A DNA stretch of 63,313 nt, filler included. It is 3 parts of 3 records of this genome, joined end to end, with 100 filler letters (N's around TTAATTAATTAA, not from the genome) between each part and the next. Parts side by side here need not be neighbours in the genome. Positions count along the whole stretch, not along the records: positions 40,432 to 63,313 come from SRR22947725_8050; 2 more parts are not named here. The stretch is one strand, 5' to 3'. How positions within the stretch are numbered: the stretch's first letter is position 1; the number at the start of each line of letters is the position of its first letter. The notes under the pieces are model-generated. The model was not told the DNA's origin. It made no database searches and worked only from the letters and a program-made list of their open reading frames with translations. The position numbers and the translations under genes are program-made. This document shows positions 51,068-61,657 of this stretch, in pieces.

Positions 51068-54000
51068 TCAGCTTGTTAAGGAAGTCATTTTGACCTTGCG
51101 ATCAAGCAGGTGGTAAATGGTGGGCACCACGATCAAAGTCAGGATCGTGGAAGAAATTAGTCCAAAGATAACAGCTATGGCCATCGGCGTGCGAATCTCA
51201 GCCCCGTCACCCAGTCCAATTGCCATTGGCAACAAGCCCAAGACAGTCGTTGCCGTTGTCATTAAAATAGGTCTAAGTCTTACAGAACAAGCCTTCAGAA
51301 TGGCTTCCCTGGGAGCGATTCCTCTGGCTCGGAGGAGGTTCGTGTAATCAACCAGAACGATTGCGTTATTCACAACAATCCCGACCAACATTATCAAGCC
51401 CAGAAAAACAACAATAGACAGACTGGTATGGGTTACGATCAAGCCCAACACCGAACCGACAAATGCCAGCGGGACTGCAAACATGATAATGAATGGCTGG
51501 ATGAGTGATTCAAATTGTGAAGCCATGATCACATAAACCAAGAAGATACTCAGTCCCATTGCCAGCAATAGACTGGTCTGGCTTCTTTGCCATTCTTCAC
51601 TCTGGCCAGTAATGAAAAAGTTCATGTCAGCAGGCCATTTGATACTGTTGCTCAAAGTCTCGCTGATTGTTTTTACTGCTGTTCCAAGGGATGCGCCGCC
51701 TAGGTTAGCCTGAATCAGTGCCACCCGCTTTCCGTCTACGCGGCGAATTTCACTCGGGCCTTCGCCAATCTGGTAGTCAGCAACTGCTCGCAATGGGATT
51801 GGCTGAGTTTCACCTGGATTGACAATGAGGTCGCCAATATCCTCAATTTCTTCACGATCCTGTTCACCTAATCGTGCAATGATAGGGATACGTCGATCTT
51901 TCATATTGAATCGTGTCGCCTCATTTCCTTTGATGAGATCGCGCACCAATTCAGCGACTTGGCCTATATTTAGACCATATCGAGCCAAACGAGCGCGATC
52001 ATATGTGATCTGGATTTCCGGGGCCCCGCTGCGTAAAGTCGTCTCTACATCGGCCAGTTCCGATAGGTCACCAAGGGTTTGTTCCGCTTCACCTGAAATG
52101 GTTTTCAGTTGAGCAAGATCGTCTCCATGGATTTCAACACTGACAGGTTTGCGTGTGCTGAACAAGACCGGACGTGTCACACGGAATTTTAAGTCAGGCA
52201 CATTTTCCAATAATTCGCGCACGTTCTTCATGACACGTTTTTCACTTTCAATGGGATTGTCCTCTGGATTGATGAGGATCTTGAATCTGGCCGAATGCTC
52301 CCCTTCATCGGATCGCTTGATGTTTGCGATATCGTATCCGAAAGTAGTCAATACGGATTTGATTTCACTTTGCTCTTTCATCAGTCTTGACTCCACATTT
52401 GAAAGAACCCGAACCGTCTCCTCCAGTGGCGTTCCCACGGGAAGGTTCATTTCAAATGTGATTTCACTTTGATGTACTTCGGGCAGCAATTCTGTTTCCA
52501 GGGTCAACCCGATGAATATCGTTACAATCATAGCGCCGCACACCATGCCAATCACACTTGCCGGTCGGTCCAAGGCATACTCCAGCCATCTTGGGTATTT
52601 TTTGACGAGCCACTTAATCCCTGCCTGAGTCAAGACCAAAGGCCATTTCACAAGCATACTCCCAAACTTTCCAAGAATCGGAATGAGCCCCCTGATCAGA
52701 AATGAGGTAATATTGCCCACCGTGCCCGCAATGCATTTACCCAGAAATTCCATTGCTAATCCCAATAAGCATTTGATTAATGCATAAGGTAGAAGAATCC
52801 ATTTCCACGAGGATCGCATCCAATCAACGTCACTTCTGAAACCTTGCCATGCATCCCATCTTTTCCAGCTCACGGTCGAAAGTTCTTTTTCCTCAATCTC
52901 AGGAATAGAGCGACTTGCAAGCATGGGAATGAAGTAAACGGCTACCATGAGAGACGCGAGTAGAGATATGACGACCGCCATTCCCAGATCACCAAAAATC
53001 TGACCTGCTATACCTTCCACGAAAATCATGGGCAGGAAAACGGCGATCGAAGTGAGCGTGCTGGCTGTAACCGCGCCTCGCACCTCACGCGCGCCTCGAA
53101 TCGCTGCCTGCTTCAGATCGTCTCCTTCCTGAATGCAGCGATAGATTGATTCCAATACGACAATGGAAGAATCTACCAGCATACCTACTCCCAAGGCGAG
53201 TCCGCCAAGTGACATGATGTTGAGGGTGACCTCTGATAAGTTCAATGGAGCAAAAGTAATCAAGATACTTATTGGAATGCTCAAGGCTACAATGAGGGTG
53301 CTTTTAACATCCTTAAGAAACAGGAACAGGACAATGACGGCCAGCAGGCCACCTATGATGGCCGTCTGTCTGACTTCTCGAATACTGTTTTCGATGAAAA
53401 TAGACCGATCCGCTACCACCTCCAGGCGCGCTCCTTCTTCTTTGAATAATCGAGCCGCCATGCGTTCTGGAAACATGAATGACATGGCAGGGTTCATCTT
53501 CATCATCATCTTCATGAACGGTGACAGCTCACCCTTCTCAATCTTTCCAACACTGCGACCGACAGCCTCTGAAACAGCCACGATATTGGCATCGGCTTCT
53601 TTGTATATATCGACCTGAACGCTTTCCTTTCCGTTGGTTCGTGTCAAGATTTCACGGTCTTTGTGAGATCGGTAAACCTTTCCCAAATCTCGTATGCGTA
53701 TTTCGCCTGTGGTATCTCGCCTGACGATTGTGTCCTCAATCTGACCTTGATCTACAAATTCATTCAGAGTGCGCACCATGTATTCAGTGCGTCCTTCCTG
53801 AACCATTCCTCCGGCCACATTGATATTTTCCTGTGACAATCGAGAAATGACTTCTCGAATGGAAATTCCTGTTCGCTTGAGGGCTTCTTGATCAAGCATG
53901 ACATGGATTTCTTCTTCCAAACCCCCACGAACCCTGACCGCTGCCACCCCGGTGATTGGTTCCAGTTCCCTCCGGATCTGAATTTCAGCCAGACGCCGCA

Positions 54001-54502
54001 AACGCCTGAGCCCAATCTCTCCCTCGTAGCGAACCCCCTCGCCAGAAAGGCTGAGTTCCATGATCGGGTCAAGCGATGGATCGAAATGTAAAATCAGAGG
54101 TTTTTCCACTTCCTGAGGCAGGAACACCTGATCCAGTTTTTCAAGCGTATCCTGAGCTGCCTGCGACATGTCGGTGCCCCAGATGAATTCGAGTGAAACG
54201 TCACTTACCCCTGCACGGCTGACACTGCTGATCTCATTCAGGCCATTGACAACCCCGAGAGCTTCTTCAACAGGTCGGCTCACTTCATTCTCTACTTCTT
54301 CCGGAGCAGCTCCAGAATACTCAGTCCTGACTGTGAGGGTGGGGTAATTGAGCTCTGGCATTAACGTCACCGGCAGGCGTTTGAACGAGAAAAAGCCAAA
54401 CACAACGGCGGCTATGAACACCATTAATACCGCAACAGGACGATCTGTTGTGAAATGCTTGATTATTGTTGAGTCAGGCTGAGGCATGTGCAATCGATTC
54501 AA
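51068..54502 (-). CDS. RND efflux permease (AcrB/AcrD/AcrF family)
   Basis: GAAPEEVE, GMLVDSSIVVLE, RLRPILMT; 1144 aa. Confidence 0.93.
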   Translation of the reverse strand: MNRLHMPQPDSTIIKHFTTDRPVAVLMVFIAAVVFGFFSFKRLPVTLMPELNYPTLTVRTEYSGAAPEEVENEVSRPVEEALGVVNGLNEISSVSRAGVSDVSLEFIWGTDMSQAAQDTLEKLDQVFLPQEVEKPLILHFDPSLDPIMELSLSGEGVRYEGEIGLRRLRRLAEIQIRRELEPITGVAAVRVRGGLEEEIHVMLDQEALKRTGISIREVISRLSQENINVAGGMVQEGRTEYMVRTLNEFVDQGQIEDTIVRRDTTGEIRIRDLGKVYRSHKDREILTRTNGKESVQVDIYKEADANIVAVSEAVGRSVGKIEKGELSPFMKMMMKMNPAMSFMFPERMAARLFKEEGARLEVVADRSIFIENSIREVRQTAIIGGLLAVIVLFLFLKDVKSTLIVALSIPISILITFAPLNLSEVTLNIMSLGGLALGVGMLVDSSIVVLESIYRCIQEGDDLKQAAIRGAREVRGAVTASTLTSIAVFLPMIFVEGIAGQIFGDLGMAVVISLLASLMVAVYFIPMLASRSIPEIEEKELSTVSWKRWDAWQGFRSDVDWMRSSWKWILLPYALIKCLLGLAMEFLGKCIAGTVGNITSFLIRGLIPILGKFGSMLVKWPLVLTQAGIKWLVKKYPRWLEYALDRPASVIGMVCGAMIVTIFIGLTLETELLPEVHQSEITFEMNLPVGTPLEETVRVLSNVESRLMKEQSEIKSVLTTFGYDIANIKRSDEGEHSARFKILINPEDNPIESEKRVMKNVRELLENVPDLKFRVTRPVLFSTRKPVSVEIHGDDLAQLKTISGEAEQTLGDLSELADVETTLRSGAPEIQITYDRARLARYGLNIGQVAELVRDLIKGNEATRFNMKDRRIPIIARLGEQDREEIEDIGDLIVNPGETQPIPLRAVADYQIGEGPSEIRRVDGKRVALIQANLGGASLGTAVKTISETLSNSIKWPADMNFFITGQSEEWQRSQTSLLLAMGLSIFLVYVIMASQFESLIQPFIIMFAVPLAFVGSVLGLIVTHTSLSIVVFLGLIMLVGIVVNNAIVLVDYTNLLRARGIAPREAILKACSVRLRPILMTTATTVLGLLPMAIGLGDGAEIRTPMAIAVIFGLISSTILTLIVVPTIYHLLDRKVKMTSLTS

Positions 54503-55710
54503 TCCCTCGATGACTCTGAGTCAGATGTTTGAGGCAAAGTCACGGGAATTTCCTGATTTGGGTTTTCATCCGTATCACCCGGCAATTGCACTCTACTTCC
54601 ATCCTTGAGCCCGGTTTGTCCTGCGATGACGATTTGATCCCCTTGTTTCAACAACGAAATGGGTTCGACATTTTCAGCGTCTTCCAACCCTGCATTGAGC
54701 AGGACCCTTTCGACCTCATTGTTTGCTTTAACGCGAAAAATAAACCGTTGTTCTCCGTCATAGAGAATTCCTTTTTTGGGGAGCAATAGCGCATCAGGTT
54801 TGGATGAAGTGATGATGGAGCCATCGACATACATGCCGGGTAGAAGCGGACCGACATCCTGAAAACCCACCGTTACTTTAATCATTCCCGATTTGGATTC
54901 GACAACAGGAGCAATTCTTGCAACGTAACCATTGAACACTTTCTCTGGAAACGCGGTGGATTCGATTCTCACCACCTGGTTTTCCTGGATCTTGCTGAGG
55001 GCTTTTTCGGTGACATACAAACGTGCCACGATGGAGTCAAAATCGATCACGGTGAAAAGATCCTGACCAGCACTGACCTGATCACCTACCTTTACCATTC
55101 GTTGCGTGATTTTCCCATGGATAGGAGCATGAATTTGAGTGTAGCCAAGCTCCCTCTCAGCATCCTGAAGGTTTAGTTCAAGCTGCTGAAGCTGAAACTT
55201 AGATTGACTGAAGACTTGATCACTGATGAGGTTCTGCGCATGCAGGGATTTCTGTCGCTCATATTCCTCGCGTGATTCAAGAACTTGGTTCTTGGCCTTT
55301 GAAACCTGAATGGTCTGTATATCATCATCAAGTTGTAATAGCAAATCACCTGCTCTGACCTGACTGCCTTCCTCAACAAGCAGACCCTTGACTCGGTTGG
55401 AGGTTCTCGCCAGCACATTGACTTCGCTTTCAGCCTCCAGATTGCTGGATGCTTTGAGAACGCTTTCGATCGGACCCAAACCCAAAATTGCAACTTCGAC
55501 AGGAATGGTCGGTTTTTCCGAAGGATCGTTCTTCGTTTTATCTTTATCCCCGAAGCCCAGCTTTTCGCAAGAAATGCCCGATATGCAGAGAATCGCCAAC
55601 ATCAGGCAATGCACAGATTGCCTCAATGACCAATGACTCCCTCTGCCTTCTTTCAAGTAGTTTGTAGGTGGATGTGGTTGATAATTTGGATAATTCAATT
55701 GACCTGGCAT
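54499..55710 (-). CDS. RND periplasmic adaptor (MFP); start uncertain
   Basis: Lipobox-like ISGISC, VEEGSQVRAGDLL, IHAPIHG, LLPGMYV. Confidence 0.9.
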   Translation of the reverse strand: MPGQLNYPNYQPHPPTNYLKEGRGSHWSLRQSVHCLMLAILCISGISCEKLGFGDKDKTKNDPSEKPTIPVEVAILGLGPIESVLKASSNLEAESEVNVLARTSNRVKGLLVEEGSQVRAGDLLLQLDDDIQTIQVSKAKNQVLESREEYERQKSLHAQNLISDQVFSQSKFQLQQLELNLQDAERELGYTQIHAPIHGKITQRMVKVGDQVSAGQDLFTVIDFDSIVARLYVTEKALSKIQENQVVRIESTAFPEKVFNGYVARIAPVVESKSGMIKVTVGFQDVGPLLPGMYVDGSIITSSKPDALLLPKKGILYDGEQRFIFRVKANNEVERVLLNAGLEDAENVEPISLLKQGDQIVIAGQTGLKDGSRVQLPGDTDENPNQEIPVTLPQTSDSESSRD

Positions 55711-55928
55711 GAAAGCATTTAAGTTGTTCTGGGTAATCTTTCTTCGCGACTAAAGCCTACAAATCATGATGTTGGAACTTGCTAGACAATGTGGCCCATT
55801 TCAAGTTGTTTTAACTAAGATGATGATTCGGTTGTCCATTTCTCAGCTGGATTATTACCTGCAAACGAAGCGTCAGACGAGTGTGCTGCACTAAATTCCA
55901 ACCAGCAGTGCCTTTTCCTGACAAGAAG

Positions 55929-55961
55929 AAAAAACCGGATGCTTGGTAACAAGCATCCGGT
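55929..55961 (-). terminator. Rho-independent terminator after tsf
   Basis: Minus strand ACCGGATGCTTG-TTAC-CAAGCATCCGGT followed by a T-run. Confidence 0.85.
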
Positions 55962-56002
55962 GTGTTTCAAAATACTATCCCTAAATAGTGGGAATGCTCA
56001 GG

Positions 56003-56842
56003 CTACTCATCAGTTTCACCAACCTGGAAACGAAGGAATCGTCGGATAGAAATCTCGTCTCCGAGTTCTTTACTCGCCGATGCCACGTGTTCCTTGATTG
56101 AAATGTCCCCGTTCTGTTTCACGAAACCCTGATCAACCAGACAGATATTCTGGAAAAACTTTTCCATTTTTCCTTTCAGGATCTGCTCAACTGCTTGAGC
56201 AGGCTTGTCCTTGAACTGTTCAGCTGCGATTTCTTTTTCTTTAGCGATCAAATCGGGATCGACACTTTCGCGGCTGACACAGGTGGGGTTGGCAGCTGCA
56301 ATTTGGAGCGTGATATCTTTGACCAAACTCTTGAATGCATCCTGACTGGTTGTCTCATCTTTGCCCGCTCCTACTTCTACCAAAACACCTACTTTGGCGC
56401 CGGTGTGAATGTAAGCGGCAACCATTCCGCTACCTTCAACTTCGAGTGTGGAGTGACGGCCGATTTGGATATTTTCTCCCACTTTGGTGACTTGACTGGT
56501 TCGAATTGCTTCGAAGTCTGCCTGTGGTTCCTCAACGAGTGTTTTTGCTACGCCACTGCAAAACTCGCGGAAAGAATCGTTTTTTGCCACGAAATCAGTC
56601 TCGCAATTGACCTCAACCAAGAGACCCAGTTTGCCATCAGGTCGAATGTAGTGAGCGATGACACCTTCATTGGCGGCGCGTCCAGCTTTTTTAGCTGCGG
56701 TGGCGACACCTTTCTTGCGGAGTTCATCCACAGCGGCATCCAAATCGCCATTAGTAGCGGTCAGTGCCTTTTTACAATCCATAAGTCCCGCGTTGGTCAT
56801 GCGGCGTAATTGGCCAACGAGAGCTGCGGTTATTTCTGCCAT
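56003..56842 (-). CDS. tsf: Elongation factor Ts
   Basis: LRRMTNAGLMDCKKAL, EVNCETDFVA. Confidence 0.98.
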   Translation of the reverse strand: MAEITAALVGQLRRMTNAGLMDCKKALTATNGDLDAAVDELRKKGVATAAKKAGRAANEGVIAHYIRPDGKLGLLVEVNCETDFVAKNDSFREFCSGVAKTLVEEPQADFEAIRTSQVTKVGENIQIGRHSTLEVEGSGMVAAYIHTGAKVGVLVEVGAGKDETTSQDAFKSLVKDITLQIAAANPTCVSRESVDPDLIAKEKEIAAEQFKDKPAQAVEQILKGKMEKFFQNICLVDQGFVKQNGDISIKEHVASASKELGDEISIRRFLRFQVGETDE

Positions 56843-56919
56843 AAATATTCAGTTTCTATTCCAGATCGTTATGTTGATGCCATTTCCTGACCTGGAAGCC
56901 AGGGAATGGGAAAGAATGA

Positions 56920-57831
56920 TTATGCGGTTGGTGCGCCAGTTTCGTCCTTGGAAGCCTCGGGAGCCTCAGGTTCAACGGGAGCAGTGGTAGCTTCTGGTGC
57001 AACTGGTGCAGCTGGAATTTCTGGCTCAACCGGTTCAGCAGCAGTAGCTTCTGACGGAGGAGGTGTCACAGGTGCGACAGCTGGGGTTTCTACCTCTGCT
57101 GTTTCCGTTGCTGCAGCTTTTTCAGTAGATTCAGCAGTGCTGGCCTGTCGTTCGCTTCGGCTGAGTTGAAGCTTTTCTTGGATCGCTGTGAGGATCACAC
57201 GAATTGAGCGAATAGAATCGTCATTCCCTGGGATTGGGTGTGTTGACAAGGTCGGGTCGCAGTTTGTATCTACAATGGCAACGATTGGAATATTCAATTT
57301 ACGCGCTTCTGCCACCGCGTTGTGTTCACGTTTGAGGTCAATGATGAAAATGGCATCAGGGTATTTGTCCAAGTGACGGATACCATCCAAATTGCGATGC
57401 ATGCGGGATGCCTCACGGCGAAGCATGGATTGCTCTTTTTTGCCGTAATCGTTCAGAGTACCATCTTCCTCCATCTTCTCGATTTCCTGAAGACGTTTGA
57501 GAGACTTTTTGATGGTTTTGAGATTGGTCATCATTCCGCCCAGCCAACGTTCAGTAACATAAGGTTGACCACAAGCGGTGGCTGCTTCCTTGGTCGCGGC
57601 CTGAGCCTGCTTCTTGGTTCCCACAAAAAGCACCTTACCTCCCTTGGCCACAATCTTGGATAGAAAGTCGGTTGCTTCCTGCAAGAGAGTTGTGGTTTGG
57701 TTGAGATTGATAACGTGGATCCCGTTGCGTGCCTCAAAAATATAAGGCTTCATCTGAGGGTTCCAACGACGGGTTTGATGACCGAAATGGACACCAGCTT
57801 CCAATAATTCTTTAACGCCTAATTGACTCAC
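56920..57831 (-). CDS. rpsB: 30S ribosomal protein S2 with Ala/Pro/Glu-rich tail
   Basis: [38 protein letters not shown]. Confidence 0.98.
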   Translation of the reverse strand: MSQLGVKELLEAGVHFGHQTRRWNPQMKPYIFEARNGIHVINLNQTTTLLQEATDFLSKIVAKGGKVLFVGTKKQAQAATKEAATACGQPYVTERWLGGMMTNLKTIKKSLKRLQEIEKMEEDGTLNDYGKKEQSMLRREASRMHRNLDGIRHLDKYPDAIFIIDLKREHNAVAEARKLNIPIVAIVDTNCDPTLSTHPIPGNDDSIRSIRVILTAIQEKLQLSRSERQASTAESTEKAAATETAEVETPAVAPVTPPPSEATAAEPVEPEIPAAPVAPEATTAPVEPEAPEASKDETGAPTA

Positions 57832-58519
57832 TTTTTTATTTTTCCATTGGTTTCCGGTTCTTGGGTCAATTTCTGAGCCCGCACCGTCCCGCGGAACACG
57901 GGATTTGATTCGATGTGATTGTGGTCACCCAGACGCACTCACGTCCTGGATTTTCCGACCGTTATCATCGTATTTCCTTATTTCGCATATCGTTTGAAAA
58001 GCGAAAAGAGCGGGAAAAGTAACAAAAATATCCTTTCTAGCAATGATTAATTGCAATTTTTCGCACTTCCGAAAGTCCTTATTCATGGACGAGTTTGCGC
58101 CATGGATGCTCATCGCGTCGGAGATGATGTCATGAAATGATGGTGGAAAGTTGACTCTTCCCCAGGCCTTGACATCCTTCTTGTATCATTAGGACTTGTT
58201 TTGATGAGGGGATATTTTTCCTGTCTAGAGGATTTTGACTGCCATACGTTAACTATTATTGCGTTGGTATTCGAAGTTGCTTTAGCCGTCTTCTCAAGCT
58301 CTTTTGCTGAGGGGTATTTTCGCAGCCTCTGCACTTTTCCTTCCGAGGTGGCTATTGGTAGATTCGGTGAGCTATCTATCTTGAAGAGAGGGTTTAAAGT
58401 ATGAATCCAAAGCGACGGTGCTGGCTTTTTTTCCTTGCGTTCAGGGCTTTGAGCTAAATCAACGGATAAGTCTCAAAATAAGCTCGATTTAGAGCCTAGA
58501 TGGGACAAAATCCTTCCTC

Positions 58520-59980
58520 ATGAATTCACTTGGCAATTACCCAGTTAGGCATGGATCACCCTTAGTGTTCTCGCATAGTTTACACTGCATGTGGGTCAGC
58601 CTTCTCCTTGGAGCATTTTCCATTCTCATTGCTCAATCATCTCTCTCAGCTCGCGACCAACCGAATTTTGTCCTGATTTTTTGTGATGATCTCGGATATG
58701 GTGACCTGGGATCATACGGGCACCCAAGTATCCGGACGCCTAATCTCGACAAGATGGCTGCGGATGGAATGCGTTTGACGGATTTTTACTCTGCTGCCTC
58801 CGTTTGCACCCCAAGTCGGGCTGCCTTGTTAACGGGGCGGTATCCGGTTCGGAGCGGTATGTGCAGCGACCGTCGCCGTGTTCTGTTTCCCGACTCTTCG
58901 GGTGGTTTACCGGAATCTGAGTGGACCATAGCTGAAGCTCTAAAGTCAGAGGGGTATGCTACGGCCGCGGTTGGTAAATGGCATTTGGGGCATCGGCACC
59001 AATATTTACCCACGGAACATGGATTTGATTCTTATTATGGCATTCCATATTCCAACGATATGGACCGAGTTTCCACTGCCCCGAGAGGTGCTGCCAAGAG
59101 TTTGGAGCCGCACATCAATTGGTGGAACGTTCCTTTACTGAAAAACCAAAAAGTGGTCGAACAGCCCGTAGATCAAACAACCATCACTCGACGCTACACG
59201 CGTCAGGCCACTAAATTCATTGAATCCAATCGCGAGAATCCTTTTTTTCTCTATCTGGCTCATTCCATGCCGCACGTACCACTCTTTCGTTCCAAACAAT
59301 TTGAAGGTCATAGCCTTCGGGGTTTATACGGAGACGTGATCGAAGAAATTGATTGGAGTGTCGGACAAATTTTAAGCGCATTGACTGAGAATGGATTGGA
59401 TAAGAACACATTGGTATTTTTTACAAGTGATAATGGACCTTGGTTAACTCAAGGCCCTGCGGGTGGAACTGCTGGTCTCTTGCGCGAAGGCAAAGGCAGC
59501 ACATGGGAAGGTGGCATGCGGGAACCTGCGATTGCCTGGTGGCCCGATCAAATTCAGCCAGGTTCTGTGAGTAGCGAGCTTGCTGCCACCATTGACTTAT
59601 TTCCCACTTTTTTGAGCCTTGCTGGTGGGAATCTCTTGGCAGGCCTTGAAATCGATGGCCATGACATGTCTCCTGTCTTATTTGAACACAGCCAGTCTGT
59701 CCGCCACCATTTTGCCTACTATCGTGGAACGCAGATATTTGCATTGCGGATGGGAGCTTTCAAAGCCCATTTCATGACCAAATCGGCCTATGGACGAGAT
59801 CCAATCGAGACCCACGACCGACCTTTGATTTATAACCTTCAAGCTGACCCTTCGGAAAGATTTGATCTAGGTGAATCGAGGCCCGAACTTGTTACGGCTT
59901 TTGAAAACTTGAAGGTTCATTACCTCAATGAAGTGGAAGTGGCACCTTCGCGACTTGAGTCACGCATGCCCAAGCAATAA
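58520..59980 (+). CDS. Formylglycine-dependent (S1) sulfatase, probably exported; start uncertain
   Basis: PNFVLIFCDDLGYGD, CTPSRAALLTGR, GKWHLG, TSDNG, GKGSTWEGG. Confidence 0.93.
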   Translation: MNSLGNYPVRHGSPLVFSHSLHCMWVSLLLGAFSILIAQSSLSARDQPNFVLIFCDDLGYGDLGSYGHPSIRTPNLDKMAADGMRLTDFYSAASVCTPSRAALLTGRYPVRSGMCSDRRRVLFPDSSGGLPESEWTIAEALKSEGYATAAVGKWHLGHRHQYLPTEHGFDSYYGIPYSNDMDRVSTAPRGAAKSLEPHINWWNVPLLKNQKVVEQPVDQTTITRRYTRQATKFIESNRENPFFLYLAHSMPHVPLFRSKQFEGHSLRGLYGDVIEEIDWSVGQILSALTENGLDKNTLVFFTSDNGPWLTQGPAGGTAGLLREGKGSTWEGGMREPAIAWWPDQIQPGSVSSELAATIDLFPTFLSLAGGNLLAGLEIDGHDMSPVLFEHSQSVRHHFAYYRGTQIFALRMGAFKAHFMTKSAYGRDPIETHDRPLIYNLQADPSERFDLGESRPELVTAFENLKVHYLNEVEVAPSRLESRMPKQ

Positions 59981-60513
59981 GGCTTTATTGGATTGGCTTT
60001 TAATTGCTTTCGGCATTCTCAAACAGGGATTATTTTATCTGGCGCCCTCAAACAGCATCCATGATCTCCCTCTTGCGTATGCTTGCCATAACTTTGTTGA
60101 ATACCCTTGCGCGAGGGATTTGACTCAGAGAAGGAAGACTTCGGGAAGTATTCATATTGATGGTTGTGCTGATCTGAATCACCACGGCCCTTCTTGGTGA
60201 CGTATTTCACCGTTTGCAAACACTAGCGAGCGAGTTAACGGACACAAAACGCGACAGCGGAGCAACCAAGAAATCCGTTATCGCGCTGTGTCCATTTGAG
60301 ATTGTCCATCGTCTGCCTCACCAAAACGTCATTTTCATGGGGCATTCTTCAAGACAAAATCGAGAGTTTTGTCGGGATGAACCGACTAACTAACGGTCTC
60401 TCCAATAAACTAAACGTAGGAAGTGGCCTTAACGTGTCATTTTTTTTTCAGAAAAATCCATTTTTTGTCTTTTCACTCGTCAATAAACCCCTGTTTGCAT
60501 AGAGTATTTGAAT

Positions 60514-61657
60514 ATGTTTGAGCAGGTCAAAGAAGAGTTAGTCGCTTTAAGAGAGAAACTTTCGCATCTACGGAGGTTTCTTTGACGAGGGTAAGCTAGA
60601 CAAACGACTCATCGAGCTGGAAGCTCAGATGAGTCGCGAAGATTTTTGGAATGACAGGGATGCTGCGCAAAAACTTACGGATGAATCCGCCTCAATTCGG
60701 CGGAAGCTGGATCCCCTGAAAAAGGGTGAGACCCGATTGCAGGATATCGAAGTAATGCTTGAGCTGGGTGTCGAAGAACCAGAATCTGTTCAAGAAACAA
60801 TCGAAGCCGATCTCACCGAAGATATTTCAGCTTTTCGAAAAGAATACGATGCCCTGGAATTAAGCACCTTATTGACAGGTCCTCATGATGCAAATAATTG
60901 CATTTTAAGTATTAATGCAGGTGCTGGTGGGACAGAATCCTGCGATTGGGCAGACATGCTCATGCGCATGTACCAACGTTGGGGCGAATCGCGTGGGTGG
61001 AAGGTAGATGTCACTGATATTCTTGAAGGCGACACCGCTGGAATCAAAAGTGCGGTGATGCTCATTTCGGGTGAGAACGCATATGGTTTTTGCAAAGCCG
61101 AGCGTGGTGTTCACAGGCTTGTTCGCATTTCTCCTTTTGACTCGAACAAACGGCGTCACACGAGTTTTGCCAGTGTGGACGTCATTGCTGAAATCGCTGA
61201 AACTGAGCAGGAATCGATTCCTCCTACTGAATTTCGTGTGGATACCTTTCGGTCTGGGGGCAAGGGGGGACAGAATGTGAACAAGGTGGAAACCGCAGTT
61301 CGCATAACCCACCTTGAGAGCGGATTGTCAGTTGCTTGTCAGACCCAGCGCTCCCAGCATCAAAATCGTGCTACGGCAATGAATTTGCTCCTATCCCGGA
61401 TTTTTGCACTGAAACAGGATCAGCAAAAAAAGGACATGGAACGCTTCTATGGAGAAAAAGGCAGTGTGTCCTGGGGAAATCAAATTCGCAGTTATGTTTT
61501 TCAGCCCTACCGGATGGTAAAGGATTTACGAACCGGAATTGATACAAGTGATGTTCAGGGTGTGATGGATGGTAAATTGAATGACTTTGTAGATGGATGG
61601 CTGAGAGCAGGGTGTCCGTTGAAAAAAATTACGGGTATTGAGGAGGTAGATGCATGA
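60514..61657 (+). CDS. prfB: Peptide chain release factor 2 (programmed +1 frameshift)
   Basis: ORF0 MFEQVKEELVALREKLSHLRRFL*, then the +1 frame carries the SPF and GGQ motifs. Confidence 0.96.
60571..60586 (+). promoter_or_regulatory. prfB +1 frameshift site (internal SD + CTT TGA C)
   Basis: CGGAGG-TTT-CTT-TGA-C. Confidence 0.95.

Noticed and set aside
58110-58404. Small ORFs 58110-58334(-) and 58201-58404(+)
   Set aside because: No recognisable motifs, and they overlap each other; likely spurious
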